Source: Malacoraja senta (Eukaryota). From it: a stretch of 64,000 nucleotides of DNA. The translations under genes were made by a program, and so were the position numbers. The notes under the pieces were generated by a model. That model did no database searches. It had not been told where the DNA came from and worked only from the letters and a program-made list of their open reading frames with translations. The stretch is taken from contig CM075991.1 of NCBI GenBank assembly GCA_038087875.1, positions 62,001-126,000 on the forward strand, read 5' to 3'. Below, piece by piece: positions 23,890 to 36,708 of the stretch. Position 1 is the stretch's first letter. Every line of letters starts with the position of its first letter.

Positions 23890-25500
23890 AAGGAGGACAC
23901 AAACAATCTTCCTGATATAGTAGTGGACAGAGGATCTGGGGTGACGGAGGAACTGAAGGAAATCCACATTAGGTAGGAAATGGTGTGGGATAGACTGATG
24001 GTACTGACGGCTGATGAATCCCCAGGGCCTGATGCTGTGCATCCCAGGGTACTTAAAGAAGTGGCTCTAGAAATCGTGCATGCATTGGTGATAATTTTCC
24101 AATGTTTTATAGACTCAGGATCAGTTCCTCTGGATTGGGGGATTGCTAATGTTATTCCACTTTTTAAGAAATGCGGGAGAGAGAAAACAGGGAATTGTAG
24201 CCTGACATCGGTGGTGGGGAAGATGCTGGAGTCAATTATAAAAGATGAGATAGCCGAACATTTGGATAGCAGTAACAGGATCGGTCCGAGTCAGTATGGA
24301 TTTACGAAGGGGAAATCATGCTTGACTAATCTTCTGGATTTTTTTTATGTCACTAGGAAAATGGACAAGGGAGAAGCCAGTAGGTGTAGTGTACCTGGAC
24401 TTTCAGAAAGCATTTGATAAGGTCCCACATAGGAGATTAGTGGGCAAAATTAGGGCACATGGCATTGGGGGTAGAGTGCTGATGGATAGAGAAGTGGTTG
24501 GCAGACAGGGAACAAAGAGAAGGGATTAACGGGTCCCTTTCTGAATGGCAGGCAGTGACTAGTAGGGTACCGCAAGGCTCGGTGCTGGGACCACAGCTAT
24601 TTACAATATACATCAATGATTTGGATGAAGGGATTCAAAGTAACATTAACAAATTTGCAGATGACACAAAGCTGGGTGGCAGTGTGAACTGTGAGGAGGA
24701 TGCTATGAGAATGCAGGGTGACTTGGGCAGGTTGGGGGAGTGGGAAGATGCATAGCAGATGAAGTTTAATGCGGATACATGTGAGGTAATCCACTTTGGT
24801 AGCAAAAACAGAAAGGCAGATTACTATATAAATGGCGTCAAGTTGGGAAAAGGGGAAGTACAAGGGGATCTGGGGGTCCTTGTACACCAGTCTATGAAAG
24901 TAAGCATGCAGGTACAGCAGGCAGTGAAGAAAGCGAATGGCATGTTGGCCTTTATAACAAGAGGATTCGAATATAGGAGCAACGATGTCCTGCAGTTATA
25001 CAGAGCCCCAGTTAGACTACACCTGAAGTATTGTGTGCAGTTTTGGTCCCCTAATTTGAGGAAGGGCGTTCTTGCTATTGAGGGAGTGCAGCGTAGGTTT
25101 ACAAGGTTAATTCCAGGGATGGCAGGACTGTCATCTGCTGAGAAAATGGAACAGCTAGGCTTGTACACTCTGGAGTTTAGAAGGATGAGAGTGGATCTCA
25201 TTGAAACATATAAGATTGTCAAGGGTTTGGACACTAGAGGCAGGAAACGTGTTCCCGATGTTAGGGGAGTCCAGAATCAGGGGCCACAGTTTAAGAATAA
25301 GGAGTAAGCCATTTAGAACGGAGACGAGGAAACACTTTTTCCTCACAGAGTGGTGAGACTATGGAATTCTCTGCCTCAGAGGGCGGTGGAGGCGGGTTCT
25401 CTGCGTGCGTTTAACAGGGAGCTAGATAGGGCACTTTAAAAAAACCGGAGTCAGGGGATATGGGGTGAAGGCAGGAACGGGGTACTGATTGGGGATGGCC
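23886..25500 (+). mobile_element. CR1 LINE RT and 3' region, degenerate
   Basis: [24 protein letters not shown] in frameshifted ORFs. Confidence 0.9.
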
Positions 25501-25536
25501 TACCACTGCACCTATTGTCTATGGTCTATTCTCTAT

Positions 25537-25745
25537 TGTGGACTCACTCAGCACGGCTTGTGGACTCACTCACTCAGCACGGCTTGTGGACTCACTCACT
25601 CAGCACGGCTTGTGCGCTCACTCACTCACTCACTCACTCACTCAGCACGGCTTGTGGACTCACTCACTCAGCACGGCTTGTGGACTCACTCACTCAGCAC
25701 GGCGTGTGGACTCACTCAGAACGGCTTGTGGACTCACTCAGCGCG
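25537..25745. repeat. Minisatellite with about 26-bp unit TGTGGACTCACTCACTCAGCACGGCT
   Basis: About 7 tandem units with variable internal (ACTC)n. Confidence 0.9.
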
Positions 25746-26667
25746 GCTCACCGATTCAACTGGTTGCGGTTGTCGGATAGTATGCGTGCAGGGGAACCGT
25801 GCACGGAGAAGTGGAGTGGCAGGTTCTGGATGACTGTTTCGGATGTGATGGTTTGGAGTAGGTCGATTTCGAACCATCCCGATTATGAGTCGACGAGGAC
25901 CAGTCTTTGCCATGCCATTCGAATATGTCGGTGGCTACCGTGGACCAGAGGAGGAACCGGGTGCGAGAGCTTGTTTCTGTTGGGGTGTTTCTGTTGGGGT
26001 GTTTCTGTTGGGGTGGCGTTAGGCTGTTACAGATAGCGCAGACCAGCTTTTTCTGGTATAGACTTTGTCATACCAGGCCAGTAAAACATGCTCTGCGCCT
26101 GTTGTAGGGTTGCCTCTACTCCGAGGTGGCCACTGTGTGTGGCATCGTAATACTTGTCCCGAAGAACAGCAGGAACGACTGTTTTGTGACTCTTAACTAT
26201 GATCCCGTCCTGTAGCACTAGTTTGTGGCGAATGAGGAAGTATGAGCGAATCGCGAGTGGCATACTGTGTTGTTTATCCGGCCAACCACGCCAGATGACT
26301 GCAGACAGCAATTGTAGAGTCTCGTCAGCAGCCGTTTGCTCTGCCAGGCTGCTTAGGCATTCAGTGGGAACATTACCGAGAACTGGTCCTGTTCAGTGGG
26401 CTGTTGTTCGCTGGTTTTGCGTGGGACCCTTGATAGTGTGTCAGCTTTGCGCATGTCCTTGCTCTTTTTGCAGACTATGAAATCGAAACGCTGCAGCTGC
26501 ATCATCATCCTTTGCAGGCATGCCGGAGCGGCGTGGATGGGCTTGTTACGATAGGAGGTATTGGCAAGATTAACACTATACTGGGAACGTTACCCAGAGC
26601 TTACAGACCTTGTGTGAGAAGCCGTTATTTCAGCGACCTCACACCTCATAATAAAGACCTCACACCT
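25745..26667 (-). mobile_element. Internally deleted Gypsy remnant (leader fused to RNase H end and integrase N-terminus)
   Basis: MQLQRFDF..ADTLSR, GWPDK, HSGHLGVEAT...FYWPGM; homologous to but diverged from 29271-29960. Confidence 0.8.
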
Positions 26668-26820
26668 TGGCAGGTTATACACTGTTTATTTAGAATAAAC
26701 AATTACAAGTTCTTACTTGAGAGATAACTTCATACTGAAGAGTGCAGTAGACGGCGACGCTAATAAGCTAGTGGGCGTAACTACAAAAGCATGACTCATA
26801 ACATGACCCACTGATCTACA
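26668..26820 (-). repeat. Gypsy LTR (3' LTR of the main element)
   Basis: 153 bp, TG...CA, preceded on the minus strand by polypurine tract AGAGGGGGGA (26821-26830). Confidence 0.88.
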
Positions 26821-27497
26821 TCCCCCCTCTTAAAGAATCAATAGCACTATACCCATAACTAAGCAAAGCAAAAATCACAACCGATAACAAAGGTATTTAA
26901 AGTCAAACATACTCCAGATACTTCACAACCGGCCTGCTAACACCACGGACGATAGAGGCCATCTCCATTCCTCTTCTCTGGGGACAGAGTTAGTGATTTC
27001 AGCACCGTGGGGAAGTGGACCAACGCCTCTGGGGTCGGAGCAGGAGACTGTGGCAAAGGCGAAGATGGGACAGACAGAGGAACTGTCACAAGCATGTGAG
27101 GGTCACCAGATGCAGATTGAAATGAACTTGTACGATCCGGATAATAAGGAGGAGGGATTGTTATATGGTTATATGTTATATATGGTTATATGTTATAGAG
27201 GGATTGGCTCCTTCACATGCAGATGTTGTTTGTTTCGGCGGTAGGTGCCGCCATCTGCTCTAACAATGTACGAGCGTGGTTCTGAAGCTAGACCAGAAAT
27301 CACCCCAACATGGTCATGGCCTTTGTCAGTCTGTAATCGGACCACATTTACTTTGGTCAGTGGTGGCAGAGGCCTGCTCGTCTTGTCGAACCATTTTTTT
27401 GAATGTCACGCTTCTGTCGTAACCTGGTTTGAATATCCTCAGGTGGAAAGGCATGTGGGATTAATATTGGTTCTGCGACGGGCAACGGGGTACGGGT

Positions 27498-28940
27498 CAT
27501 ATAACCATATAACCATAACAGCACGGAAACAGGCCATCTCGGCCCTTCAAGTCCGTGCCGAACATTAAAAAAAAAAAATTTAAATTAAAAATAAATACTT
27601 CCCCCTAGTCCCATCTACCTGCACTCAGACCATAACCCTCCATTCCTTTCCCGTCCATATACCCATCCAATCTATTTTTAAAGGATACCACTTTCTGAGT
27701 AAAGAAGTTCCCCCTAATGTTCCCCTTAAACTTCTGTCCCTTAATTCTCAAGTCATGTCCCCTTGTTTGAATCTTCCCTACTCTCAATGGGAAAAGCTTA
27801 TCCACGTCCACTCTGTCTAACCCGCTCATAATTTTAAAGACCTCTATCAAGTCCCCTCTTAACCTTCTGCGCTCCAAAGAATAAAGACCTAACTTGTTCA
27901 ACCTTTCTCTGTAACTTAGTTGCTGAAACCCAGGCAACATTCTAGTAAATCTCCTCTGTACTCTCTCTATTTTGTTGACATCCTTCCTATAATTAGGCGA
28001 CCAAAATTGTACACCATACTCCAGAATTGGCCTCACCAATGCCTTGTACAATTTTAACATTACATCCCAACTTCTATATTCAATGCTCTGATTTATAAAG
28101 GCCAGCACACCAAAAGCTTTCTTTACCACCCTATCTACATGAGATTCCACCTTCAGGGAACTATGCACAGTTATTCCTAGATCCCTCTGTTCAACTGCAT
28201 TCCTCAATTCGCTATCATTTACCGTGTACGTCCTATTTTGATTTGTCCTGCCGAGATGTAGCACCTCACATTTGTCAGCATTAAACTCCATCTGCCATCT
28301 TTCAGCCCACTCTTCCAAATGGCCTAAATCTCTCTGTAGACTTTGAAAATCTACTTCATTATCCACAACACCAACTATCTTAGTATCATCTGCATACTTA
28401 CGAATCCAATTTTCCACACCCTCATCCAGATCATTGATGTACATGACAAACAACAGTGGACCCAACACAGACCCTTGAGGCACCCCACTAGTCACCGGCC
28501 TCCAACCTGACAAACAGCCATCCACCATTACTCTCTGGCATCTCCCATTCAGCCACTGTTGAATCCATCTTGCTACTCCACCATTAATACCCAACAATTG
28601 AATCTTCGTAACCAACCTTCCATGAGGAACCTTGTCAAAGGCCTTACTGAAGTCCATATAGACAACATCCACTGCTTTACCCTCATCAATTTCCCTAGTA
28701 ACCTCTTCGAAAAATTCAAGAAGATTAGTCAAGCATGACCTTCCATGCACAAATCCATGTTGACTGTTCCTAATCAGACCCTGCTTATCCAGATGCTTAT
28801 ATATATTATCTTTAAGTATCCTTTCCATTAATTTGCCCACCACTGACGTCAAACTAACAGGTCTATAATTGCTAGGTTTACTCTTCGAACCCTTTTTAAA
28901 CAACAGAACAACATGCGCAGTACGCCAATCCTCCGGCACT
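27498..28940 (-). mobile_element. 5'-truncated CR1 with open RT frame (ORF 27605-28939) inserted in the Gypsy integrase
   Basis: 444-aa ORF with YADD; (TTATATGG)n tail; 20-bp tandem duplication of Gypsy sequence at the 5' junction. Confidence 0.92.
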
Positions 28941-31900
28941 ATGCCTTGACAATAATCGTTGTCTGCCTTGACAATAATCGTTGAGCAGGGGAACCCAAGG
29001 TAGGGTCACGGGAAATGTTGCGTAAGTTGAGCAAATCCAGGAATACGTCAGATTTGGCCCTGTGAGAGCACTCCATGAGCTGTTTCGCATTACGGACAGC
29101 CCGTTCAGCCAGCCCATTAGATTGTGGATACTCAGGGCTGCTGGTGATGTGGTGAAAATTCCAGCATCTGGCAAAATCTCTGAATTGTTGGCTGGTGAAC
29201 TGGCTGCCATTGTCAGTCAACAGCTTGCCTGGAGATCCATGGTTTGAAAAATGACGAGTTAACTTCGAAATCACGCCGCTGTAAGTGGGGCTGCTAAGAA
29301 AGTCAATGTCGAACCACCCTGAATACGAATCGACGAGCACCAGGTACTGCTTGCCGTGCCACTCAAATAAATCAGCTGCCACTGTAGACCATGGGAGCGC
29401 TGGTACAGGACGTGGCAGAAGTGGTTGCTTTTGTGGTGAGGCGCCAGGCTATTGCACACAGCACAATCTGCCACATTGCCGTTGATGTATCCGGCCATGC
29501 CAGGCCAGTAAAACATGGTTTTCGCCCGTGGAACAGTGGCTTCAGCGCCTTGGTGTTCTGCATGGACAGCATCGAAATACAGGTGATGCAACGAAGCAGG
29601 AACCACGGCTTTGTGTCCTTTTAAAACAATCCTGTCTTGTAGCACCAATTCGTCCCGAACAGGGAAGAAAGATCGGGCTGGCAAAGGAACGTTGTACTGC
29701 TTGTCTAGCCAGCCACGCTTAATGGCAGAGGTTAGGGACAGTAGGGTCTTGTTGTTGGCAGTGTGGGCAACTAAGTCCTCCATCCATGATGAAGGGATGA
29801 AGGATACGGACATCACGATAAAGTCATCATCCTGTGAGAGCAGATCCTCGCAGGTCTTCCGAGGTGCACGTGAAAGAGTGTCTGCCAGGTGCATATCCTT
29901 TCCATGTTTGTAGGTGAAGACGTCATATTTTTGAAGTTGTAGTAACATCCGTTGTAGGCGCGCTGGAGAGTTATCAATAGGTTTATTGAAAATGCTGATA
30001 AGAGGTTGGTGGTCTGTTTCAACTGTAACTGTGCGACCAAAATCGTTCAACTTTTTGCAGGCAAAAACAACCGCTAGTAATTCCTTTTCAATTTGGGCGT
30101 ATCGCTGTTCTGTGTCAGACATGGTGCGTGAGGCATAGGCGACAGGCTTATTGCCATGACCATCATTCTGAAGGCATGCAGCGCCCAGGCCATGTTGTGA
30201 GGCGTCACATGTAAGTGCAACAGGCAGTCTATGATCAAAGTACACTAGAGTAGGGGTGGCCGACATCTGCCGTTTAAGAGTGTCAAATGCTGTCTGCTGT
30301 TGTTCATGCAAGGTCCAAGCAGTGTCTTTGTGTGTGAGATGGCGTAATGGCGCTGGCGTTTCGCTGAAATCAGGAATGAATTTGCTCAAATAGTTCGCCA
30401 TGCCAACGAACTTCTGCAAGCTGGGCACGTCAGTGGGTGCAGGGAGTTCATTAATGGCACTGGTTTTCGCTGAATCAGTTTTCAGGCCGTCCTTGTTAAA
30501 TATATAGCCTAGGTATTTTACCTCATTTACTCTGAATTTGCATTTTTTGGGGTTAGGTTTGAAATGGATGGCCTCGGCACGCTTCAATACTTTTGTCAGA
30601 TTGGCGTCGTGTTCCTCGATCGTTTTCCCAGCAATGAGGATATCGTCCACTACGATGGAGGATGGGAATCCGGAAAACAATTGCTCCATGGATTGTTGAA
30701 ACACTTCACTGGCTGACTTATACCAAAGGGCATTCTCAAAAATTTACATCGTCCGAACGGTGTACTGAAAGTTGTCAGCTTGGAGGATTTATATTCCTGT
30801 GGAATCTGCCAGAATGAATTCCTGGCATCTAGCACTGTGAATACAGTTGCATCGGCCATCTGTGCCGCTATCTCGTCCACTGAACGCATTGGATAACGTG
30901 GTCTCTTAATTGCTGTAAGTCCTTGGGGTTGATACAAATCCGTATCTCGTCTTTATTCTTCTTAATACCATTGAGGAGACCCAGTCTGAGGGTTCAGTTA
31001 CGGCAGTAATCACACCAAGAGCCACCATTCTGTTAAGTTCACTTTGTACATGATCCCGCATAGCATGGGGAATCCTGTGAGCTGGACGAACAACTGGGAT
31101 TGCCTCAGGGTCAATAATAATCGTGCATTTGGCAGGCAACCTGCCCAGTTCGTCGTTAAACAAGTCCGTGTATTGTGTTAAAATGTGATGTGTAAAATCA
31201 CAGTCTACAGTCAGTGGACAGACTGAAGGGCTGAAGGAAATCAATCCCATGTCATGGCATGCATCGGCACCCAGTATGGATGTTACCTTCTCGCGTACCA
31301 CGTAAAATCCAGGATGTGGTCACGCGTGTTGAGATGGCAACGTAACTGTACTTGGCCTATAGGGCGCAGTGCTGCACCATTAAAAGAGATAAGTGAAGCA
31401 GTTGTCCGAGTTAGAGCTTCTGTGATTTGTAGCTGTTGGAAGACAGCCAAGGAGATAGCGTTACAACGAGCCCCGCTATCAACCTTAAGATAGAGAGTTT
31501 TGCCGTTAATGAGCAGTTTGAACTTGGGATCGAGCTTGGACGCTGAACCAGACAAAGCATGCACGTTAATCTCTGTGCTGTCATCATCTGTGGGAACTGG
31601 GGGCTAGAATATTCATCCTGTCTTAACAAGCTGACAGGCTGTCTCGTTTGAAATCTGTTGTTTCCCGATTTGCAGCATTTTGCAAAATGGTTTATTTTAT
31701 TACAGAGCCTACAGGTTTTTCCAAATTCCGGACACCGGTCACCGGTCACGAATTGCAGTGTGTGAAGCTGCCCAATTAAAGCAATCAGTAATCCATCGTG
31801 GGCTGTTAACTGGCCCCTGGAACCGTCGAGTAGTAATTTGATTAGACACGCTGGCTGCATTGACTTCACGAGCAACAGGAGATGTTAGTGTTTTAATGTG

Positions 31901-32529
31901 GGCATTGGTTAACTCAGCTATGCGACAGCGGTTTTCAACGGCTTCTAAGGTCAGGCCCACTTCGCACAACAATTCATCGTGTAGTTTATCATTCAATATG
32001 CCATGTATTAATCGATCACTTATCAGACTAGATTCAATTTCTCTAAAATCACTACGACTAGCAACATGCTTCAGTGCACTGACATAAAGCTCGACTGGTT
32101 CTTCTTGTTTTTGACACATTGAGAAAAAAAATATGTCGTTCAATGCTCACATTAATTTGTAACTCACATAGTTGTCGAAATTTACGTAGGAGGCACTCAG
32201 GATCACGGATGGACTCTGCTGGAATTTGTATGTTATTATCATCCACACCAGCCGGTGCATAGTGAAATCTTCTGCAACGTCGTGCAGCTTCCGTGCTTGG
32301 TGCTGCGTTCGGATAAGCTGCATCAATGTAAATGGAAAAATCTTCCTCGAACACACGCCATCGTTCTGCAAGATCAGTATCAAATACCAAGAGCTTCCTA
32401 AGAGCAGCAGCTATAATCGTGGTTTAAAAAAAACTAAGATAAAAACAATATAATCAAACGGAGGGTGAGATCGTAAACGTTGACGCCATGTTGGTCTTGA
32501 GTCCTTGTAATAATAAAGACCTCACACCA

Positions 32530-32682
32530 TGTCAGGTTATACATTGTTTATTTAGAATAAACAACTACAAGCTCTTACTTGAGTGTTCAATTCATACTGA
32601 AGAGTGTAGTAGGCCGCGACGCTAATAAGCAAGTGGGTGTAACTATAAAAGCACGACTCATAACATGAGCCACTGATCTACA
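32530..32682 (-). repeat. Gypsy LTR (5' LTR)
   Basis: 153 bp, about 16 differences from 26668-26820 by eye; followed by TGGTGTGAGG at the PBS position. Confidence 0.88.
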
Positions 32683-32995
32683 TCCCCAATCTGGCTACCT
32701 CCCATTCCACTTACACCCCCAAGCTGGCTCTCTCCCTTCCCCTTACTCCCCCAGGGCTGGCTAGCTCCCATTCCTGTTACTCATCGATTCTGGCTACCTC
32801 GCATCCCTTACTCCCCCAAGCAAGGATCCTGACAAATGTCTCCTCGTGGCGATCCCTGGAAGCGACGATGCGATGCACTCTGTGACGCGTCGGGCGACAA
32901 TTCTGTCAACATGTTGGACAAGCTGACTTCCTCCGATTCGACTTACTCCCCCAAGCTGACTTTCTCCGATTCCATTTACTCCCAAAATCTGGGTA
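32683..32995. repeat. Degenerate minisatellite with about 32-bp unit (CCCCAAGCTGGCTACCTCCCATTCCACTTACT-like)
   Basis: Recurring CCCCCAAGCTG and CTTACTCCCC motifs. Confidence 0.65.
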
Positions 32996-33004
32996 CCTTG
33001 GGGG

Positions 33005-34270
33005 GTAGTCACAAAATGCTGGAGAAACTCGGCGGGTGAGGCAGCATCTATGGAGAAAGGCATTGGCGACGTTGCAGGTCGAGACCCTTCTTCAGACTGA
33101 TGTCAGGGTGGGACAAAGAAAGAATGTAGGCGGAGACAGTGGGACAAGTGAGAGAACTGGGAATGAGAAGGGGATAGAGAGAGAGAGAGCAAGCGTTACC
33201 TGATATTAGAGAAGTAAGTATCGCTGTTCATACCGCTGGGGTGTAAACCACCAAAGCAAAATATGAGGTGCTGTTCCTCCAATTTGCACTGGGCCTCACT
33301 CTTGACAATGGAGGAGGTCCAGGACGGAAAGGTTAGATTGGGAATGGAGTGGCGGCGCTGCCCTGCAGCTGCGGCTCGCCTGCAGTCCGTTTGTCTTTTC
33401 TTTTCTTTTTGTCCCGTTTGTTTATTTTAGTTTATTTTCATTGTGTATGTGTGGGGGGTGGGATAAACTTGTTTTTAGTCTCTTCCTTCGGGGGGATGCG
33501 ACCTTTTCTTGTCGTATCCCCCTCCTCCGTCTCCGTCTGCACTGAGGCCTCCAACTGGGACCGACCTCGAGGCTCCAGAGGCAGAGCCAGGACTTACCAA
33601 CGCGGGGCTGGCCGACTTCGGGGCTGTGGTGCCATTGCGGCGGCGGCGACCCGACTTCGGAACCTCGGGCTCGGCCACGGGCCCAGTGGTCGACATCGTC
33701 GGGAGCTCGCAGGTCCCAGATTGGTGACCTGTTCTCCGGAGCTCCCGCAACGACAGCTTCGTCCGCTGGACTGGAGGGTGGCAGCGTCGACCACCCCGAG
33801 CCGCGGAATTTGAACCGGCCCATTCGCGGAGCTCGTAGTCGGCCGCGGGATTTACCATCATCCGGCGGGGTCCCTACATCGGAAGCCTAGATCGCCTCAA
33901 CGCAGAGGGAGAACAAGGAGGGAAGACTTTAATACTTTTGCCTTCCATCACAGTGAAGAGGTCCTGGTGGACTCACTGTGGTGGATGTTAAATCTGTGTT
34001 CATTGTGTGTTTTGTTATTTTATTCTATGTTATGACTGCAAGGCACGAAATTTCGTTCAGACTGATAAGTCTGAATGACAATAAAGGATACTTTACTTTT
34101 TACTTGGGAGGGGGAGTTGAAGAGCTGGGCTACCGGGAGATCAGCTTGGTTAATGCGGACTGAGCGGAGGTGTTCAGTGAAATGATCGCCGAGACCGCAT
34201 TTAGTCTCGCTGATGTAGAGAAGTTGACACCTGGAACAGCGGATGCAGCAGATGGGGTTGGAGGAGGTGC
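33005..34270 (-). mobile_element. Penelope-like element 3' part (GIY-YIG endonuclease remnant), interrupted at 33349-34100
   Basis: Minus-strand translation SSNPICCIRCSRCQLLYISETKCGLGDHFTEHLRSV is a degenerate GIY-YIG domain. Confidence 0.8.
33349..34100 (+). mobile_element. GC-rich non-coding SINE-like repeat, copy B
   Basis: Starts GTGGCGGCGC..CTGCAGTCCGT; 3' hairpin; tail GAAATTTCGTT...ATGACAATAAA. Confidence 0.65.
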
Positions 34271-35299
34271 CACTTTTCTGGAATGCTTGTGTAATCTAAC
34301 AGAGATAAGGATAATATTCATAAAACCGGCCTGACTCTTTAAATTGTTTATGCAGGAGCGGCACTAAAAAGGGAACAGATCAAATCGCTCTTAAAATTAC
34401 ATGGAGTTAGGTGAAATGTGGAAAGATTGAAAATAAAAGGCTCTGGAAGTCATCTCGGCTGCGTCTCACTTTGAGATTAAGCATTGAGGTCCAAAACATC
34501 ATCCATTCCGGTGTAGGGCCACCACACCTTTCCCTGTCTCACATTCGGTAAGCAATTTTCATAATTGAAGGCTGAAATGGCTTCAAATAGTGAGCATTGG
34601 TGAAGAATAGGTTGAAACAAAATGTGACATTGTTTGCGATCAAAAAAGTATGTTGTGCAGTGTGTATAATAATTGCCCTTTTTCTTCTGCAACATTGGTG
34701 ACTGTTGCATTAGAAAAGGGTGAGTGTTCACTCGGATTTGACCACAATTGAATCAATGGATCTTATTTTGTACAGCTAATCCATTATATGTCAGTCATAC
34801 CTTGCAGTACAAATCGTCAGTCTCTTCACAAAGGCAAGAGTGGGCATGTTGCTAAGGAAACTACTCAGAGGAAACATTTCCTAATCTAATCAAATCCATT
34901 AAACAAATAAAATACAACAGCGGCCAAACGAAATTGCCAAGTGCAGGAACTATCTTTGAAGTAGTGGGGAGGTGTCTGACTGCCCTAGGGCTACAGATAT
35001 GCATGGAGGCGAGAATAATTTCTTATCAATTCTGGAGATGGTTGGCATTTTCTTTCATTATGATAGCACAACATGAATTCTGAAAAATTCCGAACAGTCA
35101 GGTCAGTACAAACTTGTTTTATTTGTTACGTAAGGCACAAATGCGTCAAGACTTTCTTTAAAAACAAACACTTTAAAATACCTTTAAGTTTTTGGGCTGT
35201 GTGCAGCTTGGCTCACTTTAGCATTTTCACTTGGGTACAGTATGAATGAAAAGATGCTGGTACTGTTGGTGATCTGCTCCTCGACAGGGCCAAGGAGGG

Positions 35300-36708
35300 C
35301 TTATATCAGGAACACTTCTCCATCCGTTTCCCACCACGGATGGCTGACCTGCTGAGATCTACCGGCACTTTGGAGGGGAATGGTCAAACGTGTCGGGTCT
35401 GGACCCTTGTTTGAAATGATGGAGTCGGGGGAGAAAGCTGGAAAAAAGAGATGGGGTCGGGGCAGACTCCAGGACTTGATTAGGAGGGGGAGGGGGGTGG
35501 GAGTGTCTCCTTAATTTGGAGAATTCAATGTTCACATAATTGGGCTGTAAGCTAAGAGGTGCTGTTCCTCTAGTTCGCGTGTCACCTCACTCTGGCAATG
35601 GAGGAGGCCCAGGACAGAAAGATCAGTGTGGGAGTGGGAAGGGGATTTAAAATGGTTGGCAACCGGGAGATCCAGCAGGCTTTGGCGGACCGAGCGCAAG
35701 TGTAGGGTGAAATGCACACCGAGTCTAGATACAAGGAACAGCAGATGCTGGTTTACAAAGATACACAATCTCCTAGAGTAACTTGCACCTCTGGAGAGCA
35801 TGGACAGACAACATTCTAGGTCAGGACCCTTCTTCAGAATGCTTGGTGTGAGGGGTGGAGAAAGTTGGAAAGGAGAGGTGGGAGTGGTCGCCTTAGATTC
35901 CCTTCCCTCTACAGATACGGCCTGATCCACTGAGTTCCTCCACCGCTTTAGAGGGAATGGACAAATGACGTTTTGAGTTAGGACCCTTCTACAGACTGAG
36001 TGGAGTGGGTGGGGGGAGAAAGCTGGAAAAGAGAGATGGGGGTTGGACAAAGCCTGGCAAGTGATAGGTGGACACAAAATGCTGAAGTAACTCAGCGGGA
36101 CAGGCAGCATCTCTAGAGAGAAGGAATGGGCGACGTTTCAGGTTGAGACCCTTCTTCAGAAGTGATAGGTGGATACAGGTGAGGGAGACACAAGAAACTG
36201 CAGATGCTGGAATCTTGCATAGAACACAATTTAGTTAGATGCACATAATCTGTTGCCCAGAGTGCGGGAATCAAGGCCCAGAGGACATGGGTTCAAGGTG
36301 AAGGGGAAAAGATTTAATAGGAATCTGAGGGGTAATTTTTTCCACAGAAGGTGGTGGGTGTATGAAACAAGCTGCCCGAGGAGGTAGTTGAATCTGGGAC
36401 TATCCCAATGTTTAAGAAACAGTTAGACAGGTATATTGGAGGGATAGGAACCAAACACAGGCAGGTGGGACTAGTGTAGCTGGGACATCTTGGCAGGTGT
36501 GGGCCAGTTGGGCCGAAGGGCCTGTATCCACCCTGTATGTATGACTCTAACACGAAGTGCTGCACTAACTCAGCGGGTCAGGTAGCATCTGTGGAGAACA
36601 TGGACAGGTGACGTTTCACAGAGTGCTGGAGTAACACAGCGGGTCAGGCAGCATCTCTGGAGAACATGGATAGGTGACGTTTCAGTGTGCTGGAGTAACT
36701 CAGCGGGT
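35300..36708. mobile_element. Cluster of Penelope-like fragments plus a short CR1 tail (about 36230-36550)
   Basis: HLRSV...LPVANHFKSPSHS...LEEQHL peptide and repeated GACCCTTCTTCAGA termini. Confidence 0.7.

Larger units (their letters stand above)
26668..32682 (-). mobile_element. Gypsy/Ty3 LTR retrotransposon, degenerate
   Basis: gag with CCHC knuckle (CRLCNKINHFAKCC), protease VDSGA, RT LDARNSFWQ and VVDD, RNase H CDAS and YAQIEKE, integrase TDNGSQF and SNGLAER; paired LTRs. Confidence 0.95.

Noticed and set aside
25489..26036. Repetitive ORFs (HSLSTACGLT...)
   Set aside because: Translations of the 26-bp minisatellite
34270..35280. Apparently unique sequence that might hide exons (also 7560-8000, 9750-10250, 52560-53160)
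   Set aside because: No recognisable peptide or consistent splice-site pair found by eye
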